A DNA stretch of 64,000 bases from an uncultured Marinoscillum sp. (GTDB taxonomy: Bacteria; Bacteroidota; Bacteroidia; Cytophagales; MED-G16): positions 877 to 64,876 of the forward strand of contig CABZXU010000007.1 of NCBI GenBank assembly GCA_902529805.1. Reading direction: 5' to 3'. Position numbers and translations under genes: made by a program. A model generated the notes under the pieces. The model saw only the letters and a program-made list of their open reading frames with translations, ran no database searches and was not told the origin of the DNA. Below, piece after piece: positions 47,449 through 56,658 of this stretch. The number at the start of each line of letters is the position of its first letter. Within the stretch, counting starts at the first letter, position 1.

Positions 47449-48121
47449 AAAAATAATTATTGCAATTGATGGGTTATCTGGTTGTGGTAAAAGTTCCACT
47501 GCTAAATTATTAGCTAAAGAAATGAATTATAAATATTTAGATTCTGGAGCAATGTATAGAGCTGCTACATTGTATATAATTGAAAACTCTATTGATTACA
47601 AAAATTTGAAAAAGTTAAAAAATATTCTTGATGAAATCAGATTAGAATTTATAAAAGAAAATACATCTGATTCTTATCAAATATTTTTAAATAATAAGAA
47701 TGTAGAAAAAAAGATTAGATCAAAGAAAGTTTCTGAATTAGTAAGTGAGATAAGTAAAATATCTATAATAAGAAAAAAACTAGTGAAAATGCAAAGAACT
47801 ATTGGTGATAATAAGGGTATAGTTATGGAAGGAAGGGATATTGCAACTGTAGTTTTTCCAGATGCTGAATTAAAAATTTTCATGCAAGCTGATATAAATG
47901 TTCGTGCAAAAAGAAGACTTAAAGAGTTTGAAAAAATTGGTAAAAAAATATCGTTGAAAGAAGTAAAATTAAATCTACTTGAAAGAGATAATAAAGATTC
48001 TAGTAGAAAGGATAGTCCACTAAAGATAACTTCTGATTCTTTAATATTGGATACCACTTCAATTTCTCTAAAAGATCAAATTGAATTTATTAAAAAAGAA
48101 GCAAAAAAAATTATTAATTAA
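47438..48121 (+). CDS. cmk: cytidylate kinase
   Basis: IIAIDGLSGCGKSSTAKLLA P-loop, DSGAMYRA and GRDIATVVFPDA; 227 aa. Confidence 0.9.
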   Translation: MKNKKIIIAIDGLSGCGKSSTAKLLAKEMNYKYLDSGAMYRAATLYIIENSIDYKNLKKLKNILDEIRLEFIKENTSDSYQIFLNNKNVEKKIRSKKVSELVSEISKISIIRKKLVKMQRTIGDNKGIVMEGRDIATVVFPDAELKIFMQADINVRAKRRLKEFEKIGKKISLKEVKLNLLERDNKDSSRKDSPLKITSDSLILDTTSISLKDQIEFIKKEAKKIIN

Positions 48122-48208
48122 TTTTTTAAAAATCATATAATTTTGATTTTATAATTCATAATTTATTAGTTTTACCAATAATTTATTTTCTTTACAGCTT
48201 ATAAAAAA

Positions 48209-49564
48209 ATGGCTTTAAAAATAGGTATTAAGAAGGGTTTTGATATTAATCTTCAAGGAAGTATCACTGATGATATTGTAAATAATATACCTTCTTCTTC
48301 TTTTGCTATTAAACCTGAAGATTTTATAGGAATATCACGTCCAAAATTATTAGTAAAACCAGGCGATGAAGTTGTTGCTGGTACCCCATTAATGTATGAT
48401 AAACTCTTTGAAGATATAATGTATACCTCACCAGTTAGTGGAGAAATTGCTGAAATTATTAGAGGAGAAAAAAGAAAAATCGAAGAAATTAGAATTCTTG
48501 CTGATAAAAAAAATAGATATTTAGAGTTTAAAAAATTTTCTGAAAATGAGATTGAAAAAATGTCTAAAGATGATGCTTCAGAGATTTTAAAAAAATCGGG
48601 TTGTTGGTTAAATATTATTCAAAGACCTTATGGCATTGTTGCAGAACCAAATGCAAATCCTAAAGCAATTTTTGTTTCTTGTTTTGACACACATCCATTA
48701 GCTCCTTCATATAAAGAATTAATTAAAGAAAATAAGAATTATATTCAATCAGGAATAAACATCATAAAAAAATTCACTGATGGTGAGGTACATCTAAATT
48801 GCAATCAAACCATTTATGATGATTGTGATTTTATAGGTGTTCAAAAAAATATATTTTCTGGACCGCATCCTTCTGGAAATGTTGGAATACAAATACATCA
48901 CATTGATCCAATTAATAAAGGTGATATTATTTGGACAATAAACCCCTATGGTTTATCTCAGATAGGTAGACTATTTTTAAGAGGCATGTATGATACATCT
49001 AAAGTAATTGCTGTAGTTGGTTCTCAAGTAAATAATCCAGGGTATTTTAGAGTTAATATTGGAACAAATGTTTCTGAAATTTTGAAAGCAAATTTAAAGA
49101 GTGACCATTCAAGAGTAATTTCTGGAAATGTATTAACAGGTACATCGATTTCATCAAGTGGTTACTTAGGATTTTATGATAACATGATTACAGTAATTCC
49201 TGAAGGAAACCATCATGATTTTTTAGGTTGGATAAAGCCAGTTTTTAATAAGTTAAGTTTTCATCGTGCTTTTGGTTTATTTTCATTTTTAAATGGAAAA
49301 AAGAAATATATTTTGGATTCAAATACAAATGGAGAATTAAGAGCTTTTGTTCAAACCGGTGAGTTTGAGAAGGTTCTTCCTATGGATATTTTGCCTACTT
49401 ATCTTTTTAAATCTATTATGGCTAATGATTATGATGAGATGGAAGAATTAGGAATATATGAATTAATAGAAGAAGATATAGCCTTATGTGAGTTTATTGA
49501 TGTATCAAAAAATGACTTGCAAAATCTTTTAAGAAAAGGATTAAATTTATTAAAGGAAGGATAA
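48209..49564 (+). CDS. nqrA: Na+-translocating NADH:quinone oxidoreductase subunit A
   Basis: 451 aa with the NqrA-type N-terminus (IKKGFDINLQG). First of a contiguous run of five genes with Nqr sizes and order. Confidence 0.88.
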   Translation: MALKIGIKKGFDINLQGSITDDIVNNIPSSSFAIKPEDFIGISRPKLLVKPGDEVVAGTPLMYDKLFEDIMYTSPVSGEIAEIIRGEKRKIEEIRILADKKNRYLEFKKFSENEIEKMSKDDASEILKKSGCWLNIIQRPYGIVAEPNANPKAIFVSCFDTHPLAPSYKELIKENKNYIQSGINIIKKFTDGEVHLNCNQTIYDDCDFIGVQKNIFSGPHPSGNVGIQIHHIDPINKGDIIWTINPYGLSQIGRLFLRGMYDTSKVIAVVGSQVNNPGYFRVNIGTNVSEILKANLKSDHSRVISGNVLTGTSISSSGYLGFYDNMITVIPEGNHHDFLGWIKPVFNKLSFHRAFGLFSFLNGKKKYILDSNTNGELRAFVQTGEFEKVLPMDILPTYLFKSIMANDYDEMEELGIYELIEEDIALCEFIDVSKNDLQNLLRKGLNLLKEG

Positions 49565-49565
49565 T

Positions 49566-50777
49566 ATGAAGTTTTTAAGAAATATACTTGATAAACAAAA
49601 ACCTCAATTTCAAAAAGATGGAAAATTTGAGAATTTCCATTATTTATTTGAAGCTGCTGAAACATTTTTATATGTTCCAAATTTAGTTACTAAAAAGAAA
49701 GGTGCTCAAATAAAGGATATGATTGATCTTAAAAGAATGATGATGACAGTTGTTATTGCAATGTTACCTTGTCTCCTTTTTGGGATTTGGAATGTAGGTC
49801 ACCAACACTTTCTTGCTATTGGAAATTCAGCATCATTCTTAGAAAAAATTATAGTTGGTTCAAAAGTAGTACTTCCAATTGTTTTGGTTTCATATACTGC
49901 TGGAGGTTTGGTTGAAGTAATTTTTTCCACTATTAGAAAACATCCAATTAATGAAGGTTTTTTAGTTTCTGGCATGCTTATACCTTTAATTATGCCACCT
50001 ACCATTCCTTTGTGGCAAGTTGCTTTAGCTACAGTTTTTGCAATTTTAATTGCAAAAGAAGTTTTTGGGGGTACAGGAATGAATATACTAAATGTAGCTT
50101 TAACAGCTAGAGTTTTCTTATATTTTGCTTACCCATCTGATATTTCTGGTGATGTATGGACGTATTATGGAGATAAAACGGAACTAATTAGTGGGTATTC
50201 TGGAGCTACGCCTTTGGCTTTAGGTGCTACAACTGTAGATGGAACAAATACTGATGAAGTTGTTTCTTTATTTGATCAATATTCAGCTACTATAAATCAA
50301 GATGGTTTTTATTCTTTAATAAATATGTTTATTGGGATAATACCTGGATCTATTGGTGAAACTTCCACTTTAATGTGTTTGATTGGTGCATTAATTTTAA
50401 TTATTACTGGTGTTGGTAGTTGGAAAATAATTTTAAGTGTTTTTATTGGATCATATTTTATGAGTTTTATTTTTAATTTGGTTGGACTAAATCAATTTAT
50501 GCTCTTGCCACCTGAATATCATTTGATCATAGGTGGTTTAGCTTTTGGTGCCGTCTTTATGGCTACTGATCCTGTCACAGCTGCTCAAACAGAAACAGGA
50601 AAATGGATTTATGGATTTTTGATAGGTATACTTACTATAATTGTTAGATTATTTAATCCAGCTTATCCAGAAGGTATAATGTTAGCAGTATTATTTATGA
50701 ATGTTTTTGCTCCATATATTGATCATTATGTTATTTTAGCAAATAAAAAAAGAAGATTAAATCGTGCAACAGTCTAA
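49566..50777 (+). CDS. nqrB: Na+-translocating NADH:quinone oxidoreductase subunit B
   Basis: 403-aa polytopic membrane protein. GYSGATPL FMN-attachment context and MATDPVT. Confidence 0.9.
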   Translation: MKFLRNILDKQKPQFQKDGKFENFHYLFEAAETFLYVPNLVTKKKGAQIKDMIDLKRMMMTVVIAMLPCLLFGIWNVGHQHFLAIGNSASFLEKIIVGSKVVLPIVLVSYTAGGLVEVIFSTIRKHPINEGFLVSGMLIPLIMPPTIPLWQVALATVFAILIAKEVFGGTGMNILNVALTARVFLYFAYPSDISGDVWTYYGDKTELISGYSGATPLALGATTVDGTNTDEVVSLFDQYSATINQDGFYSLINMFIGIIPGSIGETSTLMCLIGALILIITGVGSWKIILSVFIGSYFMSFIFNLVGLNQFMLLPPEYHLIIGGLAFGAVFMATDPVTAAQTETGKWIYGFLIGILTIIVRLFNPAYPEGIMLAVLFMNVFAPYIDHYVILANKKRRLNRATV

Positions 50778-51522
50778 TTTATATATTATAACTTTTACTG
50801 TATTAATGACCATTTTTTTTGGTACACTATTGTCATTAACTAGGATGACATTAGAACCTAGACAAAAGAAACAAGAAGAAATTGATACAAAGAAAAAAAT
50901 ACTTGGGGCAGTAGTTAATGTTTCAGAATATGATCCGGAAAAGATACTTTCAATTTATAATGAAAGAATGCAATCAATGGTATTAAATTATGATAATGAA
51001 GTTGTTGAAATCGATTCTAAAGGAAATAAAATAATTGCTGAAAATATTAACATTCAAAAAAATTATAAACTAGATCCTGAAGAGAGGATGTATCCTATTT
51101 TTATGTATAAAAATATTGAATCAGGTGATACTGAAGCATATATTTTTCCTATGTTTGGTAATGGACTTTGGGATTGGATAAGTGCATATGTAGCTTTAGA
51201 AAAAGATTTAAATACTGTTATGGGCATTTCATTTGATCATAAAATAGAGACTCCTGGACTTGGTGCTAGAATAGCATCTAATGAAATCCAAGATAGATAT
51301 AAAAAGAAAAAGATTTTTGACGATACTGGTAATTTTATTTCTATAACCATGTTAAAAGGAGAAAATAATAAAGGAATTAATGTTCATCAAGTTGATGGGA
51401 TGAGTGGAGCAACTATAACAGGTAATGGTGTTAATAAAATGATTTTTCATTATCTTGAATGTTACAGTAGTTTCATTGAAGAAAAAAAATTAGACCAAGC
51501 AATTAAAATTTCTAAAAATTAA
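50764..51522 (+). CDS. nqrC: Na+-translocating NADH:quinone oxidoreductase subunit C
   Basis: GTG start, single N-terminal TM, ETPGLGARI, and the FMN-binding context VDGMSGATITGNGV. Confidence 0.88.
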   Translation: MQQSNLYIITFTVLMTIFFGTLLSLTRMTLEPRQKKQEEIDTKKKILGAVVNVSEYDPEKILSIYNERMQSMVLNYDNEVVEIDSKGNKIIAENINIQKNYKLDPEERMYPIFMYKNIESGDTEAYIFPMFGNGLWDWISAYVALEKDLNTVMGISFDHKIETPGLGARIASNEIQDRYKKKKIFDDTGNFISITMLKGENNKGINVHQVDGMSGATITGNGVNKMIFHYLECYSSFIEEKKLDQAIKISKN

Positions 51523-51526
51523 ATTT

Positions 51527-52198
51527 ATGAGTACTGAAGTTTTAGATAAAGAAATAAAAAAAAATAAGGTATCAGAACCTCTTTTATCAAAAAGAAGAAA
51601 AAAAATTATTTCTGATCCTTTTAATGATGATAATCCAATAACAATTCAAGTTTTGGGTATATGTTCAGCGTTGGCAGTAACAATTAAAATGGAACCAACA
51701 ATTATTATGGCAATAAGTGTTGTTTTTGTTATGATTTTTTCTAGTTTGATTACATCTGTTATTAGAAATTATATTCCAACAAGAGTAAGGATCATTGTTC
51801 AAATGGCAATTATTGCAAGCCTTGTTACATTAGTTTCAGAGTTTCTAAGAGCATTTAATTATGAAATGTTTAAAACTCTAGGGGCTTTTGTTGGTTTGAT
51901 AATTACAAATTGTATAGTTATGGGTCGATTGGAGGCATATGCTATGGGAAATAAACCATATGATAGTGTTTTAGATGCTTTTGGAAATGCTATAGGATAT
52001 GGATGGATAATTATCACTGTTGCTTTTTTTAGAGAACTTCTTGGCTCCGGTTCAGTTTTAGGCTTTAAAGTTTTTGAATTTATAGGTTGGGAAAATTTTC
52101 CTACAAATGGATTAATGGTAGATAGTGTTGGTGCATTCATAATAATAGGCTTAATAATTTGGGTTCAAAGATCGATAAGTGGTTACGTTGAAAATTAG
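51527..52198 (+). CDS. nqrD: Na+-translocating NADH:quinone oxidoreductase subunit D
   Basis: 223 aa; NPITIQVLGICSALAV and LIITNCIVMGR (NqrD/RnfE type). Confidence 0.9.
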   Translation: MSTEVLDKEIKKNKVSEPLLSKRRKKIISDPFNDDNPITIQVLGICSALAVTIKMEPTIIMAISVVFVMIFSSLITSVIRNYIPTRVRIIVQMAIIASLVTLVSEFLRAFNYEMFKTLGAFVGLIITNCIVMGRLEAYAMGNKPYDSVLDAFGNAIGYGWIIITVAFFRELLGSGSVLGFKVFEFIGWENFPTNGLMVDSVGAFIIIGLIIWVQRSISGYVEN

Positions 52199-52206
52199 TA
52201 TAAATT

Positions 52207-52824
52207 ATGGATGATATCATAAATTTGATTCTTAAAAGTGTTTTTGTTGATAATATGGTTTATACTTATTTTCTTGGTATGTGTAGTTATTTGGCCGTAT
52301 CTAAAAAGTTAACAACCGCAAATGGTTTAGGTATTGCTGTTATTTTTGTTTTGACATTTACTGCTCCTTTAAATTGGTTAATTCAAGAGAACATTTTAAA
52401 AGAAGGCGCATTGGTTAAATATTTTGGTGAGCAATATGCTAATGTTAATTTAGATTTTCTTCAATTATTAATGTTTATTGCTGTAATTGCTTCATTTGTC
52501 CAATTTGTTGAAATGGTAATTGAAAAATTTTCTCCTACCTTATATGGTTCATTAGGAATATTTCTCCCTTTAATAACTGTAAATTGTAGTATTTTAGGTG
52601 GTTCAATATTTATGATTCAAAAAGATTTAACTTTAGTAGAAGCAACAGCATTTGGATTTGGAAGTGGTGTTGGTTTTTATCTAGCAATTGTAGCTCTTGC
52701 AGCTATTAGAGAAAAATTAAAGTACAGTAATGTTCCAAAAGGTTTAAGAGGACTAGGAATTACATTTTTATTAACAGGCCTATTAGCTCTTGCTTTTAAA
52801 ACATTTATTGGAATGTCTTTTTAA
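52207..52824 (+). CDS. nqrE: Na+-translocating NADH:quinone oxidoreductase subunit E
   Basis: 205 aa; DNMVYTYFLGMCSYLAVS and LITVNCSILGG (NqrE/RnfA type). Confidence 0.9.
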   Translation: MDDIINLILKSVFVDNMVYTYFLGMCSYLAVSKKLTTANGLGIAVIFVLTFTAPLNWLIQENILKEGALVKYFGEQYANVNLDFLQLLMFIAVIASFVQFVEMVIEKFSPTLYGSLGIFLPLITVNCSILGGSIFMIQKDLTLVEATAFGFGSGVGFYLAIVALAAIREKLKYSNVPKGLRGLGITFLLTGLLALAFKTFIGMSF

Positions 52825-52865
52825 AAAATTAGATATATTCTAACCCTTTTCTTATATTTATTTTT

Positions 52866-53411
52866 ATGAATAGATACATAGGTTATTTTATTAGTGGATT
52901 ACTTTTTGTTGTACCATTAGCAGTAAGTTTGTGGACTGTTTATCTTTTATATACTTTTATTGATGGATTAATTCCTCTACCAATCCCTGGAATTGGTTTT
53001 TTGTTAGTTATTTTAATAATAACTACGATTGGTTTTTTCTTTAAAAAATTTTCTATTGCTTCATCAGTCTTAGGAATTGAAACCATTATAAAAAAAGTTC
53101 CTTTACTAAATTTAGTTTATTCATCTGTTCAAGATTTAATGACTTCATTAGTTGGAAGTAAGAAAAAATTTGATAAACCGGTTCTTGTAAAAATGAATAA
53201 TAATTTAATGAAACCTGGTTTTGTTACTACTGAAGATTTAACTAAAAATGGACTTTCTGGTTATTCAACAGTTTATTTTCCTCATTCCTATAATTTTTCT
53301 GGAAATGTATTTTTAGTTGATAGAAAACATATTAAACCGATCAAAAGTTCTACAGCTGATGTTATGAAATATATTGTTTCTGGAGGTGTGTCTGGTTCAA
53401 TAAAAGTATAA
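52866..53411 (+). CDS. DUF502-like membrane protein
   Basis: Two N-terminal TM segments followed by a soluble domain; 181 aa. The family assignment is from general resemblance only. Confidence 0.55.
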   Translation: MNRYIGYFISGLLFVVPLAVSLWTVYLLYTFIDGLIPLPIPGIGFLLVILIITTIGFFFKKFSIASSVLGIETIIKKVPLLNLVYSSVQDLMTSLVGSKKKFDKPVLVKMNNNLMKPGFVTTEDLTKNGLSGYSTVYFPHSYNFSGNVFLVDRKHIKPIKSSTADVMKYIVSGGVSGSIKV

Positions 53412-53414
53412 TAT

Positions 53415-53732
53415 ATGAAAGAAATCACTCCATCTGAGCTAAAATCAATGATTGATAATAATGAAGAATTTCAACTTATTGATGTAAGGGATCAATATGA
53501 AATTGATTTGTGTAATATAGGAGGAACTAATATAAATTTCTATGATATTCTTGATAGAAAAATGGAAATTGATAAAAATAAAAAGGTTATTGTATATTGT
53601 AGAAGTGGAAAGAGGAGTGCTACAGCTATAAATATATTAGAAAAAGATTCTGAATTTGGAAATCTATACAATCTTAAGGGTGGTATAAATCAGTGGGCAA
53701 AAGAAGTTGATTCTTCCATATCACCATATTAG
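53415..53732 (+). CDS. rhodanese-like domain protein
   Basis: Single rhodanese domain with active-site loop CRSGKRS; 105 aa. Confidence 0.8.
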   Translation: MKEITPSELKSMIDNNEEFQLIDVRDQYEIDLCNIGGTNINFYDILDRKMEIDKNKKVIVYCRSGKRSATAINILEKDSEFGNLYNLKGGINQWAKEVDSSISPY

Positions 53733-53735
53733 TTT

Positions 53736-54434
53736 ATGAATAAAAATTTTAAAAAATATTCTTTAGAATTTTTAGTTATTATTTTTGGAATCCTTATATC
53801 TTTTTTTTTAGAAGAAAGAAGACAAAATGCAATAGAAATATCTAAAAAAAATGATTCTATTAAACAGTTATTAAAAGTAATCAAAGAAGATTTAAATCAG
53901 ATTGATAGATTTATAGACTTACAAAGTTTTTCCTTAAATAGCTGTGATTTGATTTTTAAAAATCTAAAGAATAATAATACAATGTCAAATGATAGTATTA
54001 TTTATCATTTATCTTCAGTTGGTAGAGGTTTAAGATCTTTTTTTCCTCAAGAAGGTGTTTTTAATCAACTTATTAGTTCGGATCTAATAAAAAGAATTGA
54101 TTCAGAAGATCTTAAAATTAATTTATTTAAATTATTTAATGAGGATTTGAAAAGACATGAAGTACATACCAAAGAATATGATGTTTTTTTTCTTGATTTT
54201 AATTATAAGTTATCAGTTAATTTCTTTTTAGAAGATGAATGGTCAATTGGAGTTGATCCAATAAAGATTCAAAGTTATAGGTTTAACCAAAAATATTATT
54301 TTAGCGATTCTATGTATGGTGATTTAATAGAATTGAAATCTTCAATGATTTCTTATTTAAAAGAACTTAATGAATTAAAAAAAACGTATTTAACATTACA
54401 AAATTTATGTAATGAGGAATTAAAAATTACTTAA
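53736..54434 (+). CDS. hypothetical membrane-anchored protein
   Basis: One N-terminal TM (LEFLVIIFGILISFFL), the rest helical. No family recognised. Confidence 0.45.
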   Translation: MNKNFKKYSLEFLVIIFGILISFFLEERRQNAIEISKKNDSIKQLLKVIKEDLNQIDRFIDLQSFSLNSCDLIFKNLKNNNTMSNDSIIYHLSSVGRGLRSFFPQEGVFNQLISSDLIKRIDSEDLKINLFKLFNEDLKRHEVHTKEYDVFFLDFNYKLSVNFFLEDEWSIGVDPIKIQSYRFNQKYYFSDSMYGDLIELKSSMISYLKELNELKKTYLTLQNLCNEELKIT

Positions 54435-55568
54435 TTATTCAAAAAATTTTCGTGGTATATTTGGGAAAAGTTTGAGAGCATTTTTATAGTAAAGCTTTTT
54501 GAGAACTGTATCAGGTAGATTTAATCCATACATTTTCCAATTTCCATGTCTTTTTCTATAATAATCAAAATATTCATCATCTGTTTCAAGAACTCTAAAG
54601 TATGTATAGTATTCTGACAAATTGTGTGCATCTTTTCCAAATAAAATTCTATCTTGATGTTCAACAAAAAATTCTCTTGCTCTCTTTGGTTGTCTACCTA
54701 TTTCAGCAAGTATAGCTCCAATTTCTGTAACTACATTTGGGTTATTATCAAGATGTGAAGAAAGTCTATCCAAATCGTTTGCCATCCATCCCATATGTGC
54801 ATTTATAAAAGTAGTATTTGGATGTTTTTTAAACATTGCATGTTGTTCAGATAAAATTTCTTCAAAAGATGCATTACTTTTAGGATCACGATATCTCCCA
54901 GGCTTTTGTCTTAATTCTAACCATCTTTCATTGAATTTGTCTTTTGGTTTCCAAAATGAAGAAGGGTCTGCGCTATGAATTAAAACAGGAATATTTAGAT
55001 CTCCACAAATTGACCATATTGGGTCAAGTCTTTCATCATTAACTTTTATTCTATTATTATTTTTGTCTTTATCTGTTAATCCTAAAGATTTATATACTTT
55101 AAGTCCTATTACACCATTACTTACCGCTTCTGTAATAAGTTGTATGTTATTTTTAGCAAAATTTTGTTCATCTATTTTCTCAAAATCTATATTAAGAAAT
55201 AACCCAAATCTATTTGGAAAATTATTATTAATATTTTCTAATGATTTTTCTAAGTATATACCTCTAAAACCACTTAAATTAACCATATATGCCATATTCA
55301 TTGAATCCATTTCTTCAATAAGTTTTGATAAATCTTTTAAAGGCATATCAAATTGATGGTTATGAACATCTATAAATGGATATTTTGCTTTTGTGATGAT
55401 ATTCTCTTTTACAACAAGAGTTGATATAGGTTCATATTCTTCTATATCCATTAAATTATATTTATACTGAATTGTATCTATAGTAAAGTAACATACTATT
55501 CCGATAATTAATATGAAGAATATCGTTTTAAGAAAATTTCTAAAATTTATCCAAGAAAAAAATTTCAT
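54435..55568 (-). CDS. membrane-anchored amidohydrolase (TIM-barrel metal-dependent hydrolase, amidohydrolase-2-like)
   Basis: N-terminal TM. FIDVHNH metal motif, later HSADP and NAHMG histidines; 377 aa. Confidence 0.7.
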   Translation of the reverse strand: MKFFSWINFRNFLKTIFFILIIGIVCYFTIDTIQYKYNLMDIEEYEPISTLVVKENIITKAKYPFIDVHNHQFDMPLKDLSKLIEEMDSMNMAYMVNLSGFRGIYLEKSLENINNNFPNRFGLFLNIDFEKIDEQNFAKNNIQLITEAVSNGVIGLKVYKSLGLTDKDKNNNRIKVNDERLDPIWSICGDLNIPVLIHSADPSSFWKPKDKFNERWLELRQKPGRYRDPKSNASFEEILSEQHAMFKKHPNTTFINAHMGWMANDLDRLSSHLDNNPNVVTEIGAILAEIGRQPKRAREFFVEHQDRILFGKDAHNLSEYYTYFRVLETDDEYFDYYRKRHGNWKMYGLNLPDTVLKKLYYKNALKLFPNIPRKFFE

Positions 55569-56101
55569 TCAATTGGTATTGAAATTTCCGTAGTATCCCA
55601 TCTTAATCTCAAATATAATTTTGATTCGTTTTCAACAAAATCAATAGTGAATTGTTCAATGGAATTTTCTAAAGAACTGGAAGAAACTTCTATTTCTAAA
55701 ACATCTTTTGTTTTATCTGGCTCAAAAAAACCAAAACTTCCATCTTCCTCATTCAAAAATACCTTCCAAGAAGACGGATTGGGTATCGTATAAAGCCAAT
55801 ATTTTCCATTTTTAAGTTCTTTTCCCCCAAAATTTATGTCTTTATTTACTGAAAAGTCAGTAGAAAAATTAGCTCCCGTTCTCCAATACTGATCGAATGG
55901 AACTAAAGCGCTGTCGGATTTCAATCCAAAGATAAGTCTACCTTTTTTTAATGGTCGACTATATTGTACTTCTAATTCAGTATTCTTATAAGAATAAGTT
56001 ACTTTATCCAAAGGGCTTACTGGGAAAAGAAAGACATTAAAAGTAACGAATCCAACAATTAAAATCAATAACCCTATTAAAGCGTATTTAATATATTTCA
56101 T
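55565..56101 (-). CDS. DUF2911 domain protein
   Basis: YSRPLKKGRLIFG...VPFDQYWRTGANFST...GKELKNGKYWLYTIP pattern typical of DUF2911; 178 aa. Confidence 0.7.
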   Translation of the reverse strand: MKYIKYALIGLLILIVGFVTFNVFLFPVSPLDKVTYSYKNTELEVQYSRPLKKGRLIFGLKSDSALVPFDQYWRTGANFSTDFSVNKDINFGGKELKNGKYWLYTIPNPSSWKVFLNEEDGSFGFFEPDKTKDVLEIEVSSSSLENSIEQFTIDFVENESKLYLRLRWDTTEISIPIE

Positions 56102-56176
56102 ATTTCTAATTTTAGTTTTAAGGAATAATTTTTAGTTGACCTGCTAAAGGTAATAAAATATAAGATTGATTAGTAA

Positions 56177-56599
56177 CTATTCTGATATATTAACAGGTAT
56201 TGTTATAGTTCTTGGAAAAAATCTATCTACTGTACTTATTTCATTTTTAGAATTTGCCCTCAAAACTTTTTGAATTTTAATGATAATAAGATCACCGTAT
56301 TCTCTATGGCCTAATCTATTTAAAAGTATATTATTTGATTTTATTAAAGTATAATTTATAGTCCTATCTTTTCTATATAAACTAACCTCAGCATCAGAAA
56401 TTTTATATTTATTTCCTTCTACAGTAGAAAAAGGTCTTAGTTTCAAAAATTTGGTTGAAGTATCAATAGGAATATAGCACTCAGTTGAGCAAGTTAATCC
56501 ATCAAATGGTAGCATTAACTCAATTCTAACGTCTTCTTGAGCTTCGGTAATTTTAGAAAATAAAATAAAAAAGAAAATAAAAGATAAAGTCATTTTCAT
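56177..56599 (-). CDS. hypothetical exported protein
   Basis: Signal peptide ending TEAQ. 140 aa, no family recognised. Confidence 0.45.
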   Translation of the reverse strand: MKMTLSFIFFFILFSKITEAQEDVRIELMLPFDGLTCSTECYIPIDTSTKFLKLRPFSTVEGNKYKISDAEVSLYRKDRTINYTLIKSNNILLNRLGHREYGDLIIIKIQKVLRANSKNEISTVDRFFPRTITIPVNISE

Positions 56600-56658
56600 C
56601 TACTCAATCTATATAATTTAAAAATAATGTCCAATAATTCACTTGATAGATATCATAA

